In this document: piece by piece, positions 25,362 through 34,093 of the stretch
Position numbering within the stretch: the stretch's first letter is position 1
How the letters are laid out: each line of letters starts with the position of its first letter
Assembly (NCBI RefSeq): GCF_028710545.1
Contig: NZ_JAQTTX010000008.1
Location: forward strand, 304 to 64,303
Source of the DNA: Halothiobacillus sp.
GTDB taxonomy: Bacteria; Pseudomonadota; Gammaproteobacteria; Halothiobacillales; Halothiobacillaceae
DNA: 64,000 bases
Direction of reading: 5' to 3'
Notes under the pieces: model-generated
Databases searched by the model: none
What the model saw: only the letters and a program-made list of their open reading frames with translations
Told to the model about the DNA's origin: nothing
Position numbers and translations under genes: made by a program

Positions 25362-26123
25362 ATGCCTCGCTTACTCGGCTTTGTCCTCGCCTTGATTGTA
25401 TTGAGCCTTGGCGTCGCCATGACCGCCGGTCTGCTGTATTTACTTCGTGATAGCGGTTTACCGCATCTGCCTTTGTGGTTGGCTGCCATCGTGGCCGGCT
25501 TGCTGGCGATGAGTTTCGGGTGGCGGCTTCTTCCCTCCTGGTGGCGTCCTGTATTGCTGGTAATGCCACTGGCCGCATTGCTTTCTTTGACGATTAATCC
25601 AGTGTGGTTTCTCATTGCCGCTGTGATTTTGATGGCCTTGCAGTGGAATGCCATTTTCAATCGAATTCCACTCTATCGTTCCGATGCCATGGTCAGCCGT
25701 GTTCTTGCCGATTTCATGCGGGAGGAAAAGCACCACTCGCTGCTGGATATCGGGTGTGGTGATGGTCGTTTATTGCTTCGATTGTCACAAGCGCTTCCCG
25801 AGGCTCAATTCGTCGGGATTGAAAGTGCGCCGGTGTTGTATCTGATTGCACGCTGGCGCTGCCGCAAGCAAAGCAATTGCACGATTCATTTTGGCGATTT
25901 CTGGCAAATGGATTGGTCGCCGTACGATGTGGTATTCGCTTTCCTGTCTCCGGAACCCATGCTTCAGGTCTGGAGAAAGTCAGGGCGTGAGATGAAGGCC
26001 AATGCCGTGTTGCTCAGCTTGGCATTTCCGGTGCCGGGAATAGAGGAGAGCCGTCTCGTACCCGCGCAACATTTTGATATGTATCTATATCATCTGCCGG
26101 TTTTGTCAGATTCTGACCGTTGA
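25362..26123 (+). CDS. Membrane-anchored class I SAM-dependent methyltransferase
   Basis: 253-aa ORF with about 4 N-terminal TM helices followed by methyltransferase motif I LLDIGCGDGRLLL. It starts 10 nt after the motB stop. Confidence 0.65.
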   Translation: MPRLLGFVLALIVLSLGVAMTAGLLYLLRDSGLPHLPLWLAAIVAGLLAMSFGWRLLPSWWRPVLLVMPLAALLSLTINPVWFLIAAVILMALQWNAIFNRIPLYRSDAMVSRVLADFMREEKHHSLLDIGCGDGRLLLRLSQALPEAQFVGIESAPVLYLIARWRCRKQSNCTIHFGDFWQMDWSPYDVVFAFLSPEPMLQVWRKSGREMKANAVLLSLAFPVPGIEESRLVPAQHFDMYLYHLPVLSDSDR

Positions 26124-26273
26124 CTGGCGTGGTCAGGCTATGTTTTTTATAAATTGCAGACGAAAAAAAAGACTCTTGCGAGCCTTCTGTAAATTCTGAT
26201 CTACACCAGAGCCAAAGGCTTAAAGCCGTTGGCCCATACTGTATCTAAGCGTATTACCTAAGAGGTTTTTGGC

Positions 26274-26570
26274 TTAGTGGCGTGAACGGAATTCACCACG
26301 ATCGCCGCCGCGATCATTGGTACGCTCGCGAGGACGGGCTTCGTTGACACGAATGTTACGACCGTTCAGGTCGGTGTTGTCCAACTGCTCGATGGCAGTC
26401 ATGCCAGCAGCTTTGTCTGCCATTTCAACAAACGCGAAACCCTTGGAGCGACCTGTCGCCATGTCCTGGATTACTTTGGCGGATTTAACTTCGCCGAAAG
26501 CTTCGAACGCAGAACGAACGTCTGCATCGCCAGATTGATAGGACAGGTTGCCAACATAGATATTAATCAT
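26274..26570 (-). CDS. RRM-type RNA-binding protein
   Basis: 98-aa ORF with RNP-2 IYVGNL, RNP-1 KGFAFVEM and a Gly/Arg-rich tail. Confidence 0.88.
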   Translation of the reverse strand: MINIYVGNLSYQSGDADVRSAFEAFGEVKSAKVIQDMATGRSKGFAFVEMADKAAGMTAIEQLDNTDLNGRNIRVNEARPRERTNDRGGDRGEFRSRH

Positions 26571-26824
26571 CGGAAAAAATACTCTCGTACACGTGCTATC
26601 GTTTCAACCAAAGGGTTTGTATAGCACTAAAACGCACCCTTCAGGTGTTTATGGTCGGGCAACAAAAACTTGCGCCTTGGTAAACACAACACTGACATTA
26701 AAGCAAAAGACATCAATTACAAGCAGTTTTTCATCCTGAGGCTTGAAATAAGCAGAAGGTGTTGTTAATTGGATAACTTTTGTTTCATTCTTTTGTCATC
26801 AAAAACGGGTTTGTCTGTTCGTTC

Positions 26825-27715
26825 TCAAATGTCTGCCAGGTTTTCTGCGAGCCAGTAACGCACAAACTGGTGCGCAACCCGTCCACTTCGTGACCCACGC
26901 AAGCGCGCGAACATGAGCGCTTCTTTCTGCCAACGCGCTTCATCGCGGATTTTGTCTGTCTGTTCGGGTGTGTCTCCCTCAACGGTTTGAATTTTCGCCC
27001 GCACGATATCCAGATATTGATCCTGGTTGAATGGATGGAATGCCAGCCACAAACCGAACCGTTCGGATAACGAGACTTTTTCGTCGATCGCATCGCCTTC
27101 GTGTAACTCGCCTTCAACCACTTGTGCGGCCAGATTGTCCTGCATGGATTCTGGAAGCAGGTGCCTGCGATTGGAACTGGCGTAGACCAGCACGTTATCG
27201 GGTGGCGCCATCAGAGAACCGTCCAGCAACGCTTTCAAACCCTTGTAACTGGCATCGTTTGCCTCAAACGACAAATCATCGATGAACAGAATGTATTTTC
27301 GGTCCTGATTGCCCAGAATCTGAATCAGATCACCCAGAGCAGCCAAGCCTTCCCGATCCAGCTCGATCATGCCCAGTTCTTTCCCCCCGTGACGGGTGAG
27401 GGTTGCGCGTATGATCGAACTCTTGCCAGTACCCCGAGCACCCCAAAGGAGCACGTGATTGGCGGGTTTGCCACTCAGAAACAGGTGTGTATTTCGTTCA
27501 ATTTGTCCAAGCTGTTTTTCTCGATGGAGAAGATCTTCAACCGGGATCAGCGCAGGATGGTGAATGACTTTGAATCCCGTTTCCGGGTGCCATCGCTGGG
27601 CCAATGCGCGAGGATCCGGTTTTTCCCTGAAGCCCTGTTTACGCCCGGTTTCCAGTTGTGATAGCAGTTCAATCAGGCCGGCGATGAATGATTTGGGAGA
27701 TTTGTTAAAACGCAT
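26825..27715 (-). CDS. AAA-type ATP-binding protein, DUF815 family
   Basis: 296-aa ORF with Walker A LWGARGTGKSS and Walker B ILFIDDLSF. The overall layout is that of COG2607/DUF815 proteins. Confidence 0.8.
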   Translation of the reverse strand: MRFNKSPKSFIAGLIELLSQLETGRKQGFREKPDPRALAQRWHPETGFKVIHHPALIPVEDLLHREKQLGQIERNTHLFLSGKPANHVLLWGARGTGKSSIIRATLTRHGGKELGMIELDREGLAALGDLIQILGNQDRKYILFIDDLSFEANDASYKGLKALLDGSLMAPPDNVLVYASSNRRHLLPESMQDNLAAQVVEGELHEGDAIDEKVSLSERFGLWLAFHPFNQDQYLDIVRAKIQTVEGDTPEQTDKIRDEARWQKEALMFARLRGSRSGRVAHQFVRYWLAENLADI

Positions 27716-27874
27716 GTCATGCCTCTTGGCGGATAGCGGGGTTTTAAACGAGACCGAGGCCGCTGTATTTGGTTCTGTATTATTCTACGATCTCGCTGCG
27801 CGCATAGGCAGTCTCCTGCCCGAGAATTGTCCGCTGCGAGCAAAACTTATTTAATTACACACGGATTTAAGCCC

Positions 27875-28354
27875 ATGCCCGATATGACCGTCCCCGCTGT
27901 TTTGTTTGCCTTGGTGCTCCTGATCCTGTTGGGGCAGTGGTTGGTGGTGCGGCGAGCGAAATCAATGCAGGGCCAAGCGGTGCCTGATGAGTTGCTGCGT
28001 GCCTGTCAGTCCGCGCAAATGGCTGACCATTCGGCGCATCCGTTTGAAGATCGGTCGGGTATGAATGTTCTGGTGGCTTTCGACGCGCCAAATTGCGGTG
28101 CGTGTCGCAAAATGGCTCCGGTTCTGGACACGACTGCCAAACGATACCCGGACAGGGTTTTTCGCTTATCGGTGATGGAACATAGAGCGCTGGCACAAAC
28201 GCTGCGCATCATGGGAACGCCGACGATCCTGCTGGTTCGAAATGGCCAGATAGTTGAGGTATTTGTCGGCATTACGCCCTTGTCTCGTTTATTGCAGCGC
28301 CTTGAACACGCGTGGCCCGAGATTATGCCCGTGGATATTTCTCCTGCTTCGTAG
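27875..28354 (+). CDS. Membrane-anchored thioredoxin-fold protein (CGAC active site)
   Basis: Starting at the ATG at 27875 gives an N-terminal TM (VPAVLFALVLLILLGQWLVV) and a thioredoxin domain FDAPNCGACRKMAP..GTPTILLVRNG. Confidence 0.75.
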   Translation: MPDMTVPAVLFALVLLILLGQWLVVRRAKSMQGQAVPDELLRACQSAQMADHSAHPFEDRSGMNVLVAFDAPNCGACRKMAPVLDTTAKRYPDRVFRLSVMEHRALAQTLRIMGTPTILLVRNGQIVEVFVGITPLSRLLQRLEHAWPEIMPVDISPAS

Positions 28355-28445
28355 TGGGATGTCGAAGTCACTAATTCTCAGCTAATTCTCGACCGCTATC
28401 TTTGTCCCTGTGCAATGTCTGCACGATTACAGAGGGATGAATATC

Positions 28446-28781
28446 ATGAAACGTAAAACTTATCTGGCCGCGCTGGTGGCTCTTTCTGCTCTTGCCGTTG
28501 GTGGCGCTTATGCATCTTCTCAGCACGAAGGTAACGATGCCCTGGCTATTTCTCAGGCGAAGATTGGTCTTGCAGATGCCGTGACCGCAGCGGAACAGCA
28601 TGTCGGTGGTAAGGCTTCAAAAGCCGAGTATGAATCATTCCAAGGACAGCGGGTTTTTGATGTGGAAGTGGTCAAGGGGCAGGCAGTCTCAGATGTCAAG
28701 GTAGATGCGAATGACGGTAAGGTGATTTCGGTCACAGCCGATCAGGCCGATCATGATGACTCGGGTGATCGTGCGGACTGA
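28446..28781 (+). CDS. Small exported PepSY-domain protein
   Basis: The ATG at 28446 (GAGGGA Shine-Dalgarno) gives a signal peptide MKRKTYLAALVALSALAVGGAYA. The PepSY-like part is ISQAKIGLADAVTAAEQHVGGKASKAEYE..VFDVEVVKG..DVKVDANDGKV. Confidence 0.7.
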   Translation: MKRKTYLAALVALSALAVGGAYASSQHEGNDALAISQAKIGLADAVTAAEQHVGGKASKAEYESFQGQRVFDVEVVKGQAVSDVKVDANDGKVISVTADQADHDDSGDRAD

Positions 28782-28847
28782 TCCACGATCCCTGTCGGGC
28801 GCCGTGATGTTAGTTGCGGCGCCGTTTCCAATTTTGGGAGAAGCTCA

Positions 28848-29630
28848 ATGAATGACGCTCAACTGACCGATGCAAAGACACTGTTCAATAAAGTGCCCGA
28901 AGTCATCGCACTTTTCTGGGTTATCAAGATTCTCGCTACTACAGTGGGCGAGACAGCGGCTGATTTCCTCAATATCAATCTGAATGTCGGGCTGACAGGC
29001 ACGGCGATTGTGATGACGGGCTTGCTCGCTGGTTTCCTGTTCGCACAAGTTAAAACAAAACGTTACACGCCTTGGCTCTATTGGTTAACAGTCGTGCTAA
29101 TCAGTATCGTCGGTACATTGATTACCGATATTCTGACCGATCAGCTCGGCGTTCCACTTGAGGCCAGCACGCTCGCTTTCTCTGTTGCCTTGGCTGTGAC
29201 GTTTGCGGTCTGGTATGCCAGGGAGAAAACACTGTCGATCCATCGTATCGATACGCGTGGGCGGGAGCTCTACTATTGGCTCGCGATTCTTTTCACGTTC
29301 GCGCTTGGTACGGCTGCCGGTGATCTGGTGGCCGAACGGATGACAATGGGTTATGCCTACTCGGCATTGATGTTCGGCGGGATGATTGCCGTTGTGACTT
29401 TCGCGTTTTTCGTGTTCAAGTTGAATGCAGTCCTTGCTTTCTGGATTGCCTATATCCTGACACGTCCTCTGGGCGCTTCACTTGGCGATTTCCTGTCGCA
29501 ACCGGTTGCTGTGGGCGGGCTTGGCTTGGGCACGGTTCAAACCAGTCTTCTGTTTTTTGTGGCCATTTCAAGCCTGGTGGTTTATCTCAGCCTGACCCGT
29601 AAAGATGTGATAAAAGCTGAAATCGAGTAA
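28848..29630 (+). CDS. Polytopic membrane protein of unknown function (COG4705-like, internally duplicated)
   Basis: 260-aa ORF with about 8 predicted TM helices. The repeated motif (KILATTVGETAADFL / FALGTAAGDLVAE / LTRPLGASLGDFLS) suggests an internal duplication. Confidence 0.55.
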   Translation: MNDAQLTDAKTLFNKVPEVIALFWVIKILATTVGETAADFLNINLNVGLTGTAIVMTGLLAGFLFAQVKTKRYTPWLYWLTVVLISIVGTLITDILTDQLGVPLEASTLAFSVALAVTFAVWYAREKTLSIHRIDTRGRELYYWLAILFTFALGTAAGDLVAERMTMGYAYSALMFGGMIAVVTFAFFVFKLNAVLAFWIAYILTRPLGASLGDFLSQPVAVGGLGLGTVQTSLLFFVAISSLVVYLSLTRKDVIKAEIE

Positions 29631-29693
29631 AGGCCATCTCGAAAAGAGTTCGAGGCAGCAGTAGTTCAGTTTTCCGAGAAGCTAAGGAGTGTC

Positions 29694-30356
29694 ATGCGCA
29701 TTTTATTGGTAGAAGACGATGCCATGATTGGCGAGGCGGTTTCCACAGCCCTGAAGGATGCCGCATACGCCGTGGACTGGGTACAGGATGGCAAAATCGC
29801 GCTGGCTACACTCGACAGCGCAGAGCATCAGGTCGTGTTGCTTGATCTTGGATTGCCCGGACAGGATGGTCTTGATGTGTTAAAGCGATTGAGGCAGGCG
29901 GGGCGCGACCTGCCGGTGATTATCATCACGGCGCGTGATGGCGTGGATGATCGTGTGCGGGGGCTGGATCTGGGGGCGGATGACTATCTGGTCAAGCCGT
30001 TCGACGTGAATGAGTTGCTGGCGAGGATGCGCGCGGTTATCCGTCGGCAGAGCGGGCAGTCTTCACCCATCCTCAGCAATGGTTATGTCGATCTTGACCC
30101 GGCGACTCGCGAGGCCACATGCAGCGGCGTCACTGTGTTAATGAGTGCGCGCGAATTTGCCTTGCTTCATTCGTTACTGTTGCGACCGGGACAGATTCTG
30201 ACACGGGCAGAACTGGAGGAGCAGATATACGGCTGGAATGAGGAAGTCGAAAGTAACGCGATTGATTTTCTGATTCATGGCGTCCGCCGGAAGCTGGGGG
30301 CGGGCGTCATCAAGAATGTGCGTGGCTCCGGTTGGCGAGTGGGTACGGCACCGTGA
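29694..30356 (+). CDS. OmpR/PhoB-family response regulator (QseB/PmrA-like)
   Basis: MRILLVEDDAMIGEAV..VVLLDLGLPGQDGLDVL..ARDGVDDRVRGLDLGADDYLVKPF plus a winged-helix C-terminus. Confidence 0.93.
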   Translation: MRILLVEDDAMIGEAVSTALKDAAYAVDWVQDGKIALATLDSAEHQVVLLDLGLPGQDGLDVLKRLRQAGRDLPVIIITARDGVDDRVRGLDLGADDYLVKPFDVNELLARMRAVIRRQSGQSSPILSNGYVDLDPATREATCSGVTVLMSAREFALLHSLLLRPGQILTRAELEEQIYGWNEEVESNAIDFLIHGVRRKLGAGVIKNVRGSGWRVGTAP

Positions 30357-31705
30357 CCCGATCATCTCAGGGACGTTCGGCAAGGAGACACTCAATCCAG
30401 ATTCGTCTGTCGAAAATGCTGACAGTGGCCGTTCTCGTTACGGGGGTCATCGCTTCGCTTGCAGCGCTTTATTTCGCTTATGACGAGGCTCAGGAATTTC
30501 AGGATGACACTCTACGGCAGGTTGCGGCGCTCAGTGTCGACTTTCCGGCTTCAGGGCGAACCGTGCACCAGCAACTGGATACGGTCAGCAAGTCAGTAGA
30601 AGACCCCGAGTCATTGATCCGGATTTATCGCCTCCCTGATCGTGCGCGTCCTGCCTGGCTACCGGAGCGGATCGATGCAGGGTTACACACCTTGATGAAT
30701 CCCGCTGGCCCGGAATCCATCCGGATATTTGTACGAGATACGGGCGGTGGATCACAGCTTGTTGTGGCTCAATCTACGGAGAGCCGCAACGAAATCGCAT
30801 TGAACAGCGCCCTGCGCACCTTGATTCCATCTTTACTCATGCTGCCGATTCTCATCGGTGTCATTGCATTCATCGTGCGTGCTGAGTTGAAGTCGCTCAA
30901 ACAACGTTCAAAGGATATTGACCTGCAGGCGGCTGAACGTCCGCAACCCGTGTCGGTGCAAAACTTGCCGGAAGAAGTGGTGCCGTTTGTCGAAGCCATC
31001 AATCGGTTGTTGGCGCGAGTGGATACAATGATTGCTGAACAACGTCGTTTCATCGCCGACGCGGCCCATGAATTGCGCACGCCACTGACGGCCCTTTCGC
31101 TTCAGGCACAGAATCTCTCTGCGGCCAGTTCTCCTGAAATGATGCGAGAACGTCTTGTGCCACTTAAGGCCGGAATCGAGCGGGCACGGAAGTTGACAGT
31201 GCAACTGCTTGATCTGGCCAGAATTCAGTCTGGCGAGGAATCCTGTCAGGACATCGATCTTGTTGCACTCGCGCGCCAATGGCTGGCTGAGTTCATTCCG
31301 CTGGCCGAAGCCCGACAGATTGATTTGGGCATGGATGAATCCACTTCGATACGTATTCAATCCAACGCACAAGCGCTTGGGCTAGTTATGCGCAATGCGT
31401 TGGAGAATGCGCTTAAATACACCCCCGCCGGTGGAGTCGTCACCCTCAGGTTACGAGCAGAGGCTGATGCTGTATCGATCGAAGTTGTTGATACCGGGCC
31501 GGGCATTCCAACCGAAAATCAGGTGGCTGTTTTCGCCCCATTCCATCGCCTGCAGGACGCATCGGAAGAAGGAAGCGGGCTGGGTCTGGCGATTGCCAGA
31601 GAGGCGGCCGGTAAACTCGGCGGGGCCGTGTCTGTCTCTAATAGAGTAGATGCCCATGGCCTGGTGTTTACACTCAGGCTGCCGCGTACGTTCAAAGGCC
31701 TATAA
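30332..31705 (+). CDS. Sensor histidine kinase (QseC/PmrB-like)
   Basis: Two TM helices, the H-box FIADAAHELRTPLTAL, an N-box NALENALKYTP and the G-boxes DTGPGIP and GSGLGLAI. The start is either TTG at 30332 or GTG at 30353 (GTGA overlap with the regulator stop). Confidence 0.9.
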   Translation: MASGYGTVTRSSQGRSARRHSIQIRLSKMLTVAVLVTGVIASLAALYFAYDEAQEFQDDTLRQVAALSVDFPASGRTVHQQLDTVSKSVEDPESLIRIYRLPDRARPAWLPERIDAGLHTLMNPAGPESIRIFVRDTGGGSQLVVAQSTESRNEIALNSALRTLIPSLLMLPILIGVIAFIVRAELKSLKQRSKDIDLQAAERPQPVSVQNLPEEVVPFVEAINRLLARVDTMIAEQRRFIADAAHELRTPLTALSLQAQNLSAASSPEMMRERLVPLKAGIERARKLTVQLLDLARIQSGEESCQDIDLVALARQWLAEFIPLAEARQIDLGMDESTSIRIQSNAQALGLVMRNALENALKYTPAGGVVTLRLRAEADAVSIEVVDTGPGIPTENQVAVFAPFHRLQDASEEGSGLGLAIAREAAGKLGGAVSVSNRVDAHGLVFTLRLPRTFKGL

Positions 31706-31707
31706 GT

Positions 31708-31850
31708 GGGCGCCTAGAAAAACCGTCACGAGCGGCCCGAGTGCAAGGCGGACGGAGCGCAGCGACTGAGACATATCAAATAGATAGGCGAGGGAGCGAG
31801 CACCGCCCAACGCAGCAATCGGGTCGCGCAGTAGGTTTTTCGAGATGCCC
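31708..31850 (+). mobile_element. Family C MITE-like repeat, copy C1 (143 bp)
   Basis: Terminal inverted repeats GGGCGCCTAGAAAAACC / GGTTTTTCGAGATGCCC. AAGT is present on both flanks. It begins 2 nt after the kinase stop codon and is related to 48271-48376. Confidence 0.75.
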
Positions 31851-32015
31851 AAGTGGTTAACACCTGTCGCAACCGGTCCACGATGTCGCAGCCAAAGCCC
31901 GGTAATGCTTTCCGATGGCGCATTTATGCCTGAAATGGCTTAAAATCAGCCACCTTTTGTTTCAGACCCAACATTGTCGGGCCGTATTTAACGGTTTCGC
32001 TCAGGATATTTGCTC

Positions 32016-33137
32016 ATGCCGCATCCAGAATCCCCTAAGTCTTCCGCTCCGATGAATTCAGAGCCGATAAACTCAGATGTGATGGGTTCGGTTCCAGTGG
32101 ATTCGGCAACCTCGAAATCACATCAATCCGCCAGTCTGTCTCTGGTGGTCCCCGTGTTCAATGAGCAGGAAAACATCGCCCCCTTGATAAAGCGGGTGCA
32201 TGAGGCCTTGGCCGACTACCCCGCACCGTGGGAATTGCTGCTGGTGGATGATGGTTCGAGTGATCGCACCGTGAAAATGATCGAGCAGGGCAGGGCGGCG
32301 TTCGGTTCGCATGTTCGACTGGTGCCACTGGCGCGCAACTTCGGCCAGACGGCGGCCATGCAGGCGGGTATCGACTTTGCCCGTGGCGAGGTGATCGCCA
32401 CCCTGGATGGCGACCTGCAAAACGATCCGATGGATATTCCACGCATGGTGGATCGTCTGTTGCGTGAAGATCTCGATCTAGTAGCGGGCTGGCGCAAGAA
32501 CCGACAGGATAATCTCTGGCTGCGCAAGGTCCCCTCCAAAATTGCCAATCGATTGATTCGACGGATTACGGGCGTCTCGCTGCATGATTATGGCTGCAGC
32601 CTGAAAGTGTTTCGTGCTGAAATCATCAAGGGCGTGCGTCTGTACGGTGAGATGCACCGTTTTATCCCTGCCTGGCTGGCGACTCAAACATCCCCCAGCC
32701 GGATTCAGGAGGAAGTGGTTGCGCATCATCCGCGTACGGCCGGTACGTCAAAATATGGTTTGTCGCGCACGTTCCGGGTCATTATCGATCTGATTTCGGT
32801 GTATTTCTTCATGCGCTTTTCTGCCCGCCCCGCGCATTTTTTCGGGATGCTGGGCATGGGTTTCGGTACGCTTGGCAGCCTGATCCTTGCCTATCTTCTG
32901 GTGCTGAAAATAATGGGCGAGCAAATTGGTGATCGGCCATTATTTATGGTCGGCATCATGCTGGTGTTGATTGCGGTTCAGATTCTGACCACGGGTGTTC
33001 TTTCCGAAATGTTGTCGCGCACATACTACGAATCCAAGGAAGTGAAGTCCTATCATGTGCGCCCGTCGGCTCTGACTGAACTTGAGGACGCCAATTGGTG
33101 TCAATCGAAATCACAACCTGATGAGCCTGCACGATGA
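32016..33137 (+). CDS. Family 2 glycosyltransferase, polyprenol-phosphate sugar transferase type (ArnC/GtrB-like)
   Basis: LSLVVPVFNEQENI, LLVDDGSSD, DGDLQNDP, GWRKNRQD and two C-terminal TM helices. The track ORF starts at TTG 32010 and the ATG is at 32016. Confidence 0.85.
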   Translation: MPHPESPKSSAPMNSEPINSDVMGSVPVDSATSKSHQSASLSLVVPVFNEQENIAPLIKRVHEALADYPAPWELLLVDDGSSDRTVKMIEQGRAAFGSHVRLVPLARNFGQTAAMQAGIDFARGEVIATLDGDLQNDPMDIPRMVDRLLREDLDLVAGWRKNRQDNLWLRKVPSKIANRLIRRITGVSLHDYGCSLKVFRAEIIKGVRLYGEMHRFIPAWLATQTSPSRIQEEVVAHHPRTAGTSKYGLSRTFRVIIDLISVYFFMRFSARPAHFFGMLGMGFGTLGSLILAYLLVLKIMGEQIGDRPLFMVGIMLVLIAVQILTTGVLSEMLSRTYYESKEVKSYHVRPSALTELEDANWCQSKSQPDEPAR

Positions 33138-33982
33138 ACCTGTCAAAACACCCCATGACTTCGAACATGAACTTTTCTCAGTTGCCGGGTGTTCGTCTGG
33201 CCTGTGGTTTCGGTATGGCGGCATCGTTGGCCTTGATTCTTGTTGAGGCTCTGCCGGGTGCGCGTATGGCCATTTTCCATGCGTTCAATAATCTGGGGCC
33301 TTTGGCACCGGGCTTCTGGTCGGGGATGACCGCTCTGGCCGACACCTATCTGGCTCTTGGCTTGTTGTTGCCGTTCATGCTCTGGCGTCCGCGCCTGGGT
33401 GCCTTGCTGCTGCTTTCTGCGCTTATTGCGACCGCCATCACCCACTCGATAAAACCGATTCTTGATATACCCAGACCACCCGCCGTTCTGGCAGCTGATG
33501 CCATGCACCTGATCGGGCATCGGCTCGACCACGGCAGCTTTCCCTCTGGCCATGCCGTTACGGCGTTCACGTTGGCTGGACTATTGATTGTCGGCCTTCG
33601 TTTATCAGCCGGATGGTCTGCCGTGGTTCTGCTTGCGGCCGCTCTATTGGGCGTGTCTCGAATGGCCGTCGGCGTGCATTGGCCGACCGATGTGCTTGCG
33701 GGCGCTGTAATTGGCCTGATCTCGGTCATGTTGGCACAGCTTTGGTTGAATCGCTGGTCAAGTCTGAACCATGCGCGATGGCCGTTACCTGCGGGGATCG
33801 TTGTCACTGCGATCTGCGCACTGTCTTCGCCCTGGTTCAATGCCGGTTATCCCCTGGGTGAGTGGGCCAATTGGTCGGTCGCTGGATTGGGCCTGGTCGC
33901 CCTGTTCTGGGCATCGTTGCGCTACTGGCCGCAATACCGGAATCGGCAGCGCTTACCCTTGAATGACTTGGGTCGTAAATAA
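33134..33982 (+). CDS. PAP2-family membrane phosphatase
   Basis: PAP2 motifs KPILDIPRP, FPSGH and SRMAVGVHWPTD in a polytopic membrane protein. It has an ATGA overlap with the upstream GT2 gene. Confidence 0.82.
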   Translation: MNLSKHPMTSNMNFSQLPGVRLACGFGMAASLALILVEALPGARMAIFHAFNNLGPLAPGFWSGMTALADTYLALGLLLPFMLWRPRLGALLLLSALIATAITHSIKPILDIPRPPAVLAADAMHLIGHRLDHGSFPSGHAVTAFTLAGLLIVGLRLSAGWSAVVLLAAALLGVSRMAVGVHWPTDVLAGAVIGLISVMLAQLWLNRWSSLNHARWPLPAGIVVTAICALSSPWFNAGYPLGEWANWSVAGLGLVALFWASLRYWPQYRNRQRLPLNDLGRK

Positions 33983-34093
33983 TAAACCATGCAAATTTTT
34001 CCCGGTCATATTTCAGTGCTTACTTATATAATGGCTCGCTTGCAGTATCGTGCGGCTGCTCAATACGACTCCGACAGGCTATAATTCGCGTCT

